Origin: Podarcis liolepis | Lineage: Eukaryota | DNA: 64,000 nucleotides | Assembly (NCBI GenBank): GCA_965112155.1 | Contig: OZ218102.1 | Reading direction: 5' to 3' (one strand) | Shown here: piece after piece, positions 25,422-37,467 of the stretch | How the letters are laid out: each line of letters opens with the position of its first letter | How positions within the stretch are numbered: the stretch's first letter is position 1 | Translations under genes and position numbers: made by a program | Notes under the pieces: model-generated | The model's database searches: none | The model's input: only the letters and a program-made list of their open reading frames with translations | What the model was told of the DNA's origin: nothing

Positions 25422-27219
25422 GAACAGATTTGTGACTGGTAATGATCTGCTCTGCCAGGGCTATATGAAGTGATACAGACCTCCTTTAGATCTTGGGGAA
25501 TTAAATTGACCAACTTCACCCCCTGGTCTGTTTCTGGAGTTTTGACACACTTTATGCACAGCAAGTCCAAATCTTACATTATCAGAGCTTAGTTGTCAAA
25601 AATTAGGTAACCATATCACCACAAAATATTTATGTTCTATAGGTAGCATATATGCTGCCTTGATGTACTTTTTTTTTTCATTTTAGACCAACTGAAAAAG
25701 TCTAATTAAGAATTTTCTCACATTAGCCCAACAAATCTAATTTCAGAAAGAAAACAGCGTTTCATATCAAATTGTGGAATTTGTAAATACCAAATGAATA
25801 CCCAATATATTTTTGCAAGCAATTTATTAATGAATGATATGCTTCTTTTTCTGAACAACAGACCCACCACCCTCTCCAGTAACCGCAAAATATTAAGTGG
25901 AAGGTACAACTTGGTACTGTATTGCTGCATTGAAGCAACTGGGCCTTTCAAGTGATTTGATGGATGCAGCAGACATAATTACAAAGACCAGCTGAAAATA
26001 CTAGAGTGCTTAAAATACTACACTGCTTATATATATATTCTCATTCTGTGATGTGTAATGGACAACATTTAATTGTTTACTATAAATTAGTAAAGTGTGC
26101 TCCTGGAGGGAAAAGATAACCCAACTATGAACCATCCGGTTTTTCCCTCCTGCCTTTGTACTGCAAAATGTGCTACATCTGATTATGTTTCACTCGATTT
26201 AAATTGGAAGAAAATTAATCAACACAAAGCCAAGAAATTAACTAAATCCAGAATATAGTGAGCCCAAAGCCATTTATCCCTATCAAGGATGTTTCTTTTT
26301 ACAGAGAAAAAGCACAGACTGGGAATAGCAGCTTTTACATACATTAATATACCTATCTTGGGTCTGCCATTGCCTTAAAGTAGGCAACAAATCATGAAAA
26401 TCATCTTAGACAATGTTGTCAACAGCACAGAACCAAAATGCCACAATATAGAATTTCAAATATTTCACATTCTTTATTGTTTCCAACTAAGAGTGGTTTG
26501 CAAATTATTTGATATCCAATTCGGTATACGTACTAGAATAACAAAGTTATACCAGTATACCTCTGAAACACCACTAGACAGAGTGAATCAACAGGTAACA
26601 TATTCCTCACAATCACATATGCTTAAATGTATTACACACAGAGTTCACATTCTCAAAAACTGAATATGTTTAATATTACTGACACTGATCTAGAGCTCCC
26701 TGACTTTAGAAGTTTCTAGCTCTCTTGGCTAAGTCTCTATTCAGATATTTATCAGGTGGTGTGAAGAGGTCAATACTCCTACTTTGCCAAAACCCAAGAC
26801 AGTTATTTTTATGCAGCATCTGCTTTTCAGTGATTTATGTATTGATTTATGTTACATTTGGGGATTAGAGTGGTGGACAAACCACTTTCATTTCTGCAAT
26901 TTAACCTTAACCTGATTAAACGGTCAAACAGCAGCAAATGAATTTGACAGATCCACAACTTTTAATATATAAATCAAGGTGTTCTACACTACTGTTACAG
27001 AAATGAATCTGAGGATTGGGCATATTGAAATTCTTCACACTTTACATATATCCTTTGGGTGCTAAAGCTATAAGGCTTTCTAAATCTAGGCCCCAAAACA
27101 GCTGAGTGATACAGATTGAGAATTGTGCTTCCTCATTATGGATAATCTTACTAGTAACATGAAACAAGAAATAAAGTATTATAGAACATTTGCACAATAT
27201 CCCTGAGAGGGAAGACAAC

Positions 27220-27355
27220 CAGGGCTTTTATTTAGCCGGAACTTGCCGGAACTCAGTCCCAGCACCTCTCAGGTGGGTGCCATTGTCATTATAAGAGAAC
27301 AAGGGATGCATTCATGGTTAGTTCCAGCACCTCTTTTTCTAGAAAAATAGCACCA
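27220..27355. mobile_element. hAT-type MITE
   Basis: Ends cagggctttt / aaaaatagcac(ca), internal ccggaact/ccagcacctct repeats, TSD-like aagacaac / aagacaaa. Confidence 0.7.
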
Positions 27356-29095
27356 AAAAAGACAAATCTGTCAATTTTGGCAAACTAGGGTATATGTATA
27401 ATGTCAATATTTAGGAAAATGAAGAAACAATATTTCCTTGCATTTATATTTTGACCAACGTCTGCCACAGAATGATATTTCTTGAATTAATTTCAATTAG
27501 TTTCTCCCTCCTTTCATAAATATACAATCTACAAATATATCGCTGACATACGTAAAAAGTATCAGTCAGTAGTTTTCAACCTCAAAGGTTGAGAACAAAA
27601 GTAAAAAAACTATTCTACAAAAGAGTAAACTCTGTTTTAAACTAGAGTTTTTATCATAACTTTTCTTTCAAGGCTGGTGTCACATGTAATTTACTGTGCA
27701 ATCTGAAAACAAGCAATAGAATTTGAATCCAGGAGCCTAAACCTCTTTTTTTGAGGTTTGAACTTTATCCATGGTATCTGAATGTTCAATGTTTTTTGTC
27801 TGAAAATGATGCCCACTTTTAGAATATCTTTCAAACTTATAGGGAGTTTGGACAATACCCTTATTAAATAATTGCACATTAAGAAGCTGTAGGCTATAAA
27901 GGCAGGACCACAATCTAGTCAACGTTATATGCTTTATAATCCCAATGATTTCAATAGGAGAATGAAGCATAACTCTGTCACAATACAATGGAACTTAAAA
28001 GTTCTTAATCAGCAGTAGCTGGGTCCTTAATTAGGCTATATCCTAAGTGTACGAGCTAATTTTAATGTATTATGCAACATATGGCAAGTACAGAACATTG
28101 CTCTCTAACTCCACATGTTAAAAGAAACAATAATTTAATACATACAAATGTATTCAAGTATTACCAAGTTTTTAGAATTAGAAACATTATGAAAGGAAAG
28201 TTCAAATTGAAATCAGTAAGAAACTTTCTTTAATATTAGACTTTCTTCTAACTTCACACACCATTTCTTTGTTATTAGGCATTTAAAACTTCAATCTAAT
28301 TCTGTCAAGTTTGAATTAACTTCTTCATCTAGGAAGGTCTCAAAGTAGACAAACCTGGGAACAGGTCTTTAAAAAAAAACTATAGCTAAAGCTTTATATA
28401 GATACAATAATGTGTTAAGCTGTGAAAATACTTGTTTAATAATGGGGGGGGGAATTCTACTAGGACATTGGTTACAGTGTAATGAACACAGAACATAATA
28501 AGATTAATTAACAGGCATATAGTTCTTCCCTTAAAACACTAGTGTTTTATACTGTATCTATTCAAATGGTATACTTTTGAGCATAATTTGCAGTTTTACT
28601 CAAGAGAAGAATATCTGATTCAGAGAAGACAACCTACATAGAAACAGAGAAACTGTCAGATTCTGAAAGCTCATTTTCATTTGTTTTGCCTGCCAGTGTT
28701 GATTTAATTATGCTTCATTCTTATCAAAGCTGCATTATGTAATTTTTTATTCCTTTTACATGTGTTTGAGGTGAAGACCTTGGCTTTGTCGGCAAACATT
28801 GTGTTTCAAGTTATTCCTTAAGTACCAAATAATAAAGAAGAAGAGAAGAAAAGATTCCCCCCCTTTTTTAAAAAAACGAAAAGATAGCAGACAGCGATCA
28901 CAAGGTAAAGGGTTAAATTGTAAGATCTCCAAGAAACATTTTGAAGTTGATTAAGACCCCAGCTTTGCATTAAACAGTATCACTTCCACATGAGTTGTTA
29001 CTAATGCTGTTAAGGAGCAGATTGAGAAGCCCAGTGTGCCAATGACCTCCTTCACCCTCCAGCCACCCACTAGGGCTTCTTGATTAGCATCCTAC

Positions 29096-29173
29096 CTGGA
29101 TCTCTGAGGAATTCCCATCATCCCCTAGGAGCTCATTCCGCACCTCGTCACTGTAGGCAATCCGTGACCTTTT
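29096..29173 (-). CDS. VTI1A: VTI1A internal coding exon (equivalent to human exon 4), 78 nt, phase 0/0
   Basis: The minus strand translates to KRSRIAYSDEVRNELLGDDGNSSEIQ, matching human VTI1A KRSRIAYSDEVRNELLGDDGNSSENQ as I recall it. The acceptor has a CTCAC branch-like motif and a strong pyrimidine tract ending ...ctttttgttttacag; the donor is CAG|gtagga. Confidence 0.97.
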
Positions 29174-32171
29174 CTGTAAAACAAAAAGAGAAAGGGGAAA
29201 AAAATGTGAGCAAGCAAGGCTCCGGAGTCATCACTATCAAGGCTGATCATCTCAAAACCTCGAGAGCCCTCTAATGGATACCCATTTGATGGGAAAATCT
29301 CTAAAGAAAGTTATCACAAAGTAGTTTTGACAACAGGATGTCAAATGCAATACAGAAATTACCAGCACTTTTGGCGGGATCTTTAAATTAAATCCCTTAC
29401 CCAAAATGAAGCTAGCAAAGCACAGCATACACAGAAAAAAAAAATTCTCATTAAGCTCAATAGGGGCAAGCCCCAAATCCTGATTTTCATTCACTGAATT
29501 CCCTCCCTCAAATCAAATGATCCCTATGTCATTTCACACTTCCCTAACTCTGTTTAACCAAATGTCTGATTATGTGAACCACTTGGATATACGCCAGGTC
29601 ACAGAGAAGTGAGCTTATATTGGAGAGCAAGCAGGAATTACAATATAATCTTTATATTTGGTATAGCTATACCAAGAATGGAAGTGCAAATATCAAAACA
29701 ACAAATCAATAAGACCGGGAGAGGTTTGTTTGTTTTTTTATCCTGTTCAGTTTCCTTCCTATACTGTACTGTATTAAAAAACTTTTAAACAAAGAACTGC
29801 TACGTCTCAAAAGGCCGAACACAAAGCCTGAAATCCAGTTGATTATAATCACATAGTGAACTCAGTGCTCCAGAAGGGAAGAAAGCATGCAGACAAACAA
29901 GGGTTAGCTTTTTGTGGGGGGGGGGGGGAGAGATTCAGCTAAACTGGACTGTAAGAGATCTTCATGAGTTGCTGCTTTGGGGAGAACTGAGTGCACTGCC
30001 TTTTCCTCAATTGGAAGCAGGCATCCATGATTAAACAATCTCCCTCCTGCACCGGGATACTAACACAGATTAGATTGCAAGGCATCATACCGGGCAATTC
30101 TTATTGGATTAAACTAGATGTGATAAAAATTGCAGCTTTGTTCAAAATCCTTTTGATGTATTTGGTCTTTTCCCATGGTGTATGAGGCAACTGGGGAATC
30201 CTAACATTGAGCTTTCCATGCAAGACACCTAGCTAGCTTCTGGGAATATGCCAAATGAAAGTTGAGCATGTAACAGCATTCAGTAGCCAAGCATATGAAA
30301 AACCTATTACATAAAAACTGAAAAATTGTAACATCACTGGGGGAAAAGCTAGCTTTAAACTAAACTTTCAAGCACAATATTTGAAAGGTCTCACTCTTTC
30401 CTGGCCCTCATGTGAACTGGTCTGTGCTCAAGCTACCACACTGCATTAATTGTTACAATTTGGTGCCCCCCACCCTTGAAAGCAAGATTAAAGCTGAAGT
30501 TTGAATTCAAAATGCAGAATGTAAACTAATTTTATTTCCAATGTTTTACATTTTTCTCCCTTCTTTGAAAACAGGTTTGCAGATTTAGCTGGCAATTCAA
30601 TCTGAATGCATATATTGAATTTAAATCTGATACAGTGTATCAATTTTCAACTTTCAAGACAAAAGAAAAACTTCCAAGCCGATCAATTTACAAACAAAAT
30701 GCCAAATGAGAAAGCAGTTAATACTTCACCAAGCAAGTAAACGGTAAGTTTTAGACTTCTTTTAATTTCAATGGTTATTTGTGGCACCCTTAACATTATG
30801 AAACCCCTAGTATTCAACAGAGTATATATACTAAAGCCTTAGTCATACAAACCATAGAACTTGTATAATGGACATAGCATATCCTACCCCCTTTTTACTA
30901 TTTGGATATCTCAGACACAGCAGTTTCATATTAACCAAGTAAAAGCAGTCTCTACAGCATTAAAGGAAATGGGAACCTTTAAAGAGGCTGTGGTATCAGA
31001 GCTGCCTGTTTAAATTATTCATTTCATCACTATGGGGGACTAAAACACTCTGCAGTATGCAAGAATATCATATGGAGATGGGTTTTGTTTTTCTCTTTTT
31101 TCACCAAAAAGCCAACAAATTGGCATAGATTGCTCAATTATGATATTATCCTATTTTTTGTTTGATATACATCAGACAAGGAAAGAAGTTACAAATGCAT
31201 GTCAATACATGATTCAATCTTTCTTTTCCATTTAAGATTTTCAGTTTAAGATTAAGTTTAACCATACACGGTCAATAGCTACCAATAGCAATGGTATTTG
31301 TGCTGTTACAGATATGCAACCACAATGATCTGAAAATAGCCTGCATTGCCCCTAGGTTTGCCCATTAAGCAACTGGACTAACTTGTGTGTGCTTTTTCAA
31401 GCCTGCACCAGAGTATACTCATATGTGCACACACAGAGAGAGCTGGGAAAGATTTTAGTTTAACTTCCTCTTAATTCACTGTCCAGGTTTGGAAAGGAAC
31501 AAGTGCTTTTTGCATCAAGGAAAATGGGTGTGTGTGCATGTGTGCATGCCTGCATGTGTGCATAAGGCTTACAGCCTAAATACACATTACACTGATCACA
31601 GCAAGTCACATATAAAACAGGCTCTGTCTCTTGAGAATTCAAAAGCTCCCTCAGAGAAAAGTAGTAAAGGCCAGAGGGGATAACAGGCAAACACACAGGG
31701 AAGCAGAAGCCACTAACTGCCCCCTGTCTATCTATTTTATTATTTCTTCTTGAGTGGCTAATTGTCTCTAGGGACTGAGAAGAAGATGAGTAAACATAAT
31801 TACACATGAGATAATTAAAAAAAAAAAAAACCCAGACAGATTGAGAAAAGCAAGCAGTGTGCTGTTCCCACAATTTCCTCCCAGCATCCTCTTTGTCTCA
31901 AGGAGAGCTCAAGAATTTGTAATTCCTAATAAAGGGTTGGCGAAGTAAGTAAGAGCTCAAGAATTCCAAGGCAGACCCTGGCTTACATTGTGGCTGCTTT
32001 GGACATGAAGAATGTCATATGTAAGTAGGCTCTTTACAAAAACAAAAGACATGTAGCTTGGGTTCAGTACTGTGACTGGGTGGCTCATGGAAATTCAATT
32101 GTAACTAAAGGGGATCTGACCAAGTCTATGAACCTGGTTGTCAGAGGCACTGCCATTCCACCAGGTTCCAA

Positions 32172-32400
32172 CAGGGAGGAAGCTGTAGCTCAGTGATAAA
32201 GCATGTGGTTTGCAAAGGCAAGGTCTCAGATTCAATTTCCCACATATCCAGCTTAAAGAATCTTAGGATGTAGGTTTAGAAAAGACACAGCTTGATACCT
32301 TGCATAGCAACTGTTAGTCAGAGTAGATGGTATTGAACTAGAATGTAGCCACTTGATGAATCAGGAGTCTGAATAGGCTTAAAGCAGCTTCATATGTTCA
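32172..32400 (+). mobile_element. Degenerate Squam3-type SINE
   Basis: gctgtagctcagtgataaagcatg (A-box)...agattcaatt (B-box)...aagcagcttcatatgttca. Confidence 0.7.
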
Positions 32401-32649
32401 CACACCTCCCAGCATTAGCGGGAGAAACCTCAGAGACAGGTGTATATTTTACTGTGACATGAAATAATAACCCAGCCCTCTCCAAGTTCCTGTGAGAAGG
32501 GTTGGGGAATATTTCATCATGCTGGGCTTTGGAGAAGGTTGAAACAGTACTTATTTCATCTCGTGAGATTACCACTGCATGAAAGGGGATATTACCATCT
32601 ACATGAAGCCATTAGGAGTTTTGGAGCAAAGTGTCATAAATAGGGGGAT

Positions 32650-33565
32650 GATACCCAACTCTATTTCTTTGTTACATCTGAAGCAGGAATGGCCTTGAGT
32701 ATCTGGATGCAGCATCTGGATGCAGTTGAGGACTGGTTCCAATAAATTAGTGAATTGCCTGCCCTCAATGTGGTCTTACTCTCCCTGAAGGAACAAATGT
32801 GTAGTTTGGGAGCACTCCTGAAACCACCTCTGTCACTCAATGCACATGTAACCTCAGTGGCTAGGACTGCCTTTTGCCAACTTCTGCCTCAGTGGCTCTG
32901 AGGGCCTTTTGCTAAAGCATCTATGGCTGTTCATGGATGGGGTAGCTTGACCGCTGTTGCTTATGCACTGGCAACCTCACAGATGGATTACTGCAATGGA
33001 TTCTAGCCAAGAGGCTGCGGCTGATGCAAAATGCAGCAGCTAGGTTGATTGTGGGGACAAACTGTCACCAACGTATCACACCTTGCTTATAAGATTTGCA
33101 CACCCAGTCTGCAACCAGGCCAAGGTGTTGGTACTAACATATAGGTATTAACATTCCTATACAGTTCAGGAACAGGAACAGGTTATTTGAGAGACCACCA
33201 TATCTCTTATATATCCAGTAGATCACTGGAGTCTGTTGGAAAATTTCTTCTGCAAGCTCTGAAGATATCAGAAGCCTATTCCACAGTAACTTGGCACAGG
33301 GCTTTTAGTCTGGCCATTGTGTTCTGGGGAACAGCATTCCTGTTGAGATATGACAGGCTCCCACTACCTGCACTTTCTGGAAACAGCTGAAGACATGTTT
33401 GTTCCAAAAGGCTTTCTTAGCTGGCTAAATGGGTCTTTTCCAGGAGGGTCTATTTTGTATTGTTTTAGTTGCATTGGCTGTTTTTTTCAGTTTTTAACTG
33501 TTTCCCCCCCAGTTTTTATGGTACATTGCACTGAATAGATTGTGTAGAAAGCAATTAATAAATTA
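32650..33565 (+). mobile_element. Degenerate L2 LINE 3' portion
   Basis: Decayed RT C-terminal motifs (SLKEQMCSLGALL, ALATSQMDYCN, LMQNAAARL, RAFS), then a T-rich 3' UTR and aataaat tail. Confidence 0.8.
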
Positions 33566-34711
33566 AAGATATCATCATCAATAAAAAATATTAGTCCTCC
33601 CTCAGTTCTCCATATGTTGAAGATTGAACATCTGCAAGCAGGGAGCCTTTTCTACTCAGGTTCACTCCATGTGCAATTTGAAACCCTGACCAGGATTCTA
33701 CAAAAGTAGAACAGGCTTCCAAGTGCAAAAGTTCACATAGACATATGGGAGAAGCAGTGGTGATTCAACAGAGATCATGAAGCCATGGGGCTCCTCTGTG
33801 AGTGCCAACAAAATATGCAGCTACGAAAAGTAGTGCTGGCTGCTAAACTAGAATATGTTGACCCCTGGATTTGAAATATACTTTTTGCTATACAGATAAG
33901 TAAACATAGCACTAGCAACAAGTAATTTCAATTTTTTTAAAAATGTATGTAGTAATTCTTCAGGCATCTTCTGGCACTTGTCTGCCTTATCCCAAGTTTA
34001 TAAAACCTAGAGGTGGTCACTGGGTCTATAAAACAGCATCTATCGAAACAGAAATCTGTTCACTTTGCAAAAAAAAAATTACAATGTTTTGACAGAGCTT
34101 CGTGTTCTATGGAGATTTTGTTGTAAATTTGTTTTAGTTCAATATAATCTACATCAATAGCAAAGCTAACATTTATTGTCACGGTCCCTTTATTATCATG
34201 ATCTCTCTCAATTATAAAAGAAGCAGTTTTATAGAACAACTAAACCTTTTGACTACAATTAGGTCCGACTCTGCCATATTCATTAATAAATAATTTGATA
34301 CTACTTTTGATCACAATTTCATCCCAAAATGAATTGATCACATAAAAGACCAGGCCTTTGAACTAAAGTGCCCATTTGTTCTCTCAGAATCTAGCTAAAA
34401 TATCAATACAGTACTCTCATTTGTCTTTAAAATAATAACTTCAAATAATCTTACTAGCACCCCTAAGTGAAACAGATCATCACTAGAAATAGCAGTAGAA
34501 CAAATTCTACAGTGCAATCCTATACCCACTTACCTGGGAGTAAGCCAGAAAAACTCAATTAGACTTACTTCTGTGTAGACATGTATAGGATTTCACTTTT
34601 ATTGTAACAATTATAAAAGGTGCTTTATGCTCCTAATTTCACCATTCTGTATTGAGTGTAAATTTGTACTGTAGCCAAATGCAGGCATAATAGTTTGTGC
34701 TGGAAAATGTC

Positions 34712-34859
34712 NNNNNNNNNNNNNNNNNNNNNNNNNNNNNNNNNNNNNNNNNNNNNNNNNNNNNNNNNNNNNNNNNNNNNNNNNNNNNNNNNNNNNNNNN
34801 NNNNNNNNNNNNNNNNNNNNNNNNNNNNNNNNNNNNNNNNNNNNNNNNNNNNNNNNNNN
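34712..34859. other. N-run (148 nt)
   Basis: Ns seen directly; immediate flanks are unique. Confidence 0.95.
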
Positions 34860-35012
34860 ATATGTATGTTTCTGGAAGAGACAGAAGCTTTACAGATTCT
34901 GTAATCCAGTGCCTTTTCTGGGCAGCTCGATATGAGCTTAAGAGTTCCTATATACAGATTCTGCCCAGCAAAGGGCTGTCAAACACAAGTCCCGTCCCAG
35001 CACTCCTGACTC

Positions 35013-35051
35013 TGTGAGTGTGTGCGAGTGTGTGTGTGTGTGTGCGCGCGC
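35013..35051. repeat. (GT)n(GC)n alternating purine-pyrimidine tract
   Basis: Seen directly. Confidence 0.9.
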
Positions 35052-37307
35052 AAGATGCATTGTGAGCACAAAAGTGCTGCTTAATTCTACTAGGCACGGA
35101 AATACACATACGATTTGCTTATAGTTCAAGAGAAAGGTATAGTTTTGCACAGCAAAGGGGCAAGGTTATCTCAATTCAGCTTACCAAGAGTGCTGCATTT
35201 TTAAAGCATTATGAAAACCGAGCGGATACCCGCTAAATGAGCCAAGTCTTTAGGACAATTCTCTGGAACTGCAAACTCAAATGCCTACCAAATGTACAGC
35301 GCCATCTAGACGATATGAGACATTATTCACTGCCCTTCCAAAGAAATCAACCTAGAAGTAGACATGCACTCTTTCCTCAAGTGAACGGATTGGTCAGCTG
35401 GCTGAGTTTTGTAGTTCTAGGCATAGTTTAGTTTGGTGAACACAAAAGTTTACAAGCATTACCATGGTCTGCGTGCAATAGCTTATAAGGTCAGTTATCA
35501 CACCCATCCTACCAAAAGGTGAAGAAAATATACACCAAGTTCAGATTCCGAATAGAAGTGGGCTAAAACCTGGTGAGATGTGACCTCAAATCCGGAAGTA
35601 AAATGGTTATTGATTTAACAAGCCTAATGCAGTTGCGTAGGTGGGCTTCATAATTCTGGATACTAAACCTACTATACCTTGTTATGAGGTTCAGAACACA
35701 GAGCAAAGAAGCCACCAAGTCTGGTTTATAATCATCCATAACCTTAAAAGTCCACACAAACACAGATAGCAGGCTCAGACTGTTCAAAGACTATTCCAGT
35801 AGCTACTTTAAATGTACCACAATACACAGACCTTACACCAAGGAACAATTTGATTCCAGGCAGACATCACTTGGTAAAGGAACAGGATTTTTTGCATACT
35901 GATTCTCTTAAAGCCCTGTTCAAACAGATACACTTGCTCAGTTCTGTCTGGCAATTTGGCTTTAAACAATCTGTCTGCTTGACCCAAGTCTTAACATTTC
36001 CCAACTGAACTGAATATATTCACAGGCAAACACAGTTAAATTAGAAATGAAATGAATTAATTCAGCTTAAACTAATTAAGAACTGTGATCTGCAGCACCA
36101 CCCCAGTGTGTAATTTTACATGTGTAGCAGAGTACATGTAGCCACAACTATAAGAATTCTGCTAAACTACTAATCTGAGCATAACAATGAAGTTAGCCTA
36201 TTACTAAATCATATGAGAAGTTAATTTCCATGGGCCACACATGGCAAAGCAATTGCTTAAATTGCTTCACCTGGGAATTTAATACAATGTTATCATCAGA
36301 CCAGCCACATGGTAAATAGATTTATAATACTTTCCATGTGCTAGGTTATGTTGCATATGAATTAAGCAACAATCTGGTATTACAATACACTCTTTCCCAC
36401 ACCTGGTGGACAGTATTTTGTTAAATTACTAGCTATACAGCTACATCAACAACATAAAGCTGGGAAGAGCAAGGGGAAGAGAAACAATCTTCATGGCACA
36501 TGACCAATTCCACATAGTAAGTAAATGAGATGTAGATGGGGAAAGGTGCCCAAAATTATCAGCCGCCCACATCTGTACAGCAAAATTCAGACTTGTTCGT
36601 TTCTATTCAGTTTTGGTTCTAGGTTTCCATATCACATGCTTTAAATTAATCACTGGTATTCTGCAGTGTTCATAATAATAAGATGGCGCATTAGCCCATT
36701 CATCTTGGTTCAATATATTTCCAGCAGTCAGCCAAATAACTGAGGAATGGTATACTTTCATGACATCTCAACTTAAGTTATTATTGTTGGTTAATACAAT
36801 TCACACAATGACTACTCAAATAAGGGGACATATACAAAAAAAGCAGGCATATTTCAAAATATAATATTCCACAACTCACCTATGGTTTCTTTGCAAATTA
36901 TTTTCTATATTGATGTGATGCAATTCTAACAGATTGAATTGATCAGCTGTATGTTTTTGTCAAAATAAAGTTGAATTCAACATGTTTGGTTTAAAAAACC
37001 AAAACAAAAAACCCGTAGCATTTTTACTTGAAGTTCTAAATGCTTGATGAATTATGTCAGATTGACTTTTTCTATCCAATCATGTACTTACAGCACATCC
37101 TATGCATATCTGCTCAAAATAAAATTCCACAGAGTTCACTGGGGCTTACTCTCAAGAAAGCATATATAGGATTAAGAACTTCATCATTATTTTTCAGTAT
37201 TTCTTGTGAGCCCAGCACCATGGTAGAGCAGCACAACAATTCTGCATCAGTTGTGCATTGGCACTATAATTGTTAACACCTATTTTCTATTATCACATTG
37301 TCTAGGG

Positions 37308-37380
37308 CAGGGATAGGGAACATGTGAGCCTCTAGATGTTGCATTTCTCCCATTATCCCTCACCACTAGCCATGCTGGGT
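37308..37380. mobile_element. Truncated hAT MITE related to the 4863 element
   Basis: cagggatagggaac...cctctagatgttg...ctcccattatccct. Confidence 0.55.
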
Positions 37381-37402
37381 TGTTGGAAGGATTCCACCAG
37401 CT

Positions 37403-37414
37403 ACACACACACAG

Positions 37415-37453
<39 letters not shown>

Positions 37454-37467
37454 AAGGAAGGAGAGGG
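37403..37467. repeat. (AC)n(AG)n / GGAA low-complexity repeat
   Basis: Seen directly. Confidence 0.93.

Noticed and set aside
29080-29274. 64-aa plus-strand ORF over the exon
   Set aside because: Antisense shadow of the VTI1A exon.
36870-36900. Second minus-strand AG|GTGAGT as a recursive site
   Set aside because: The upstream sequence is purine-rich (gcaaagaaaccatag) with no pyrimidine tract, and no partner acceptor is evident.
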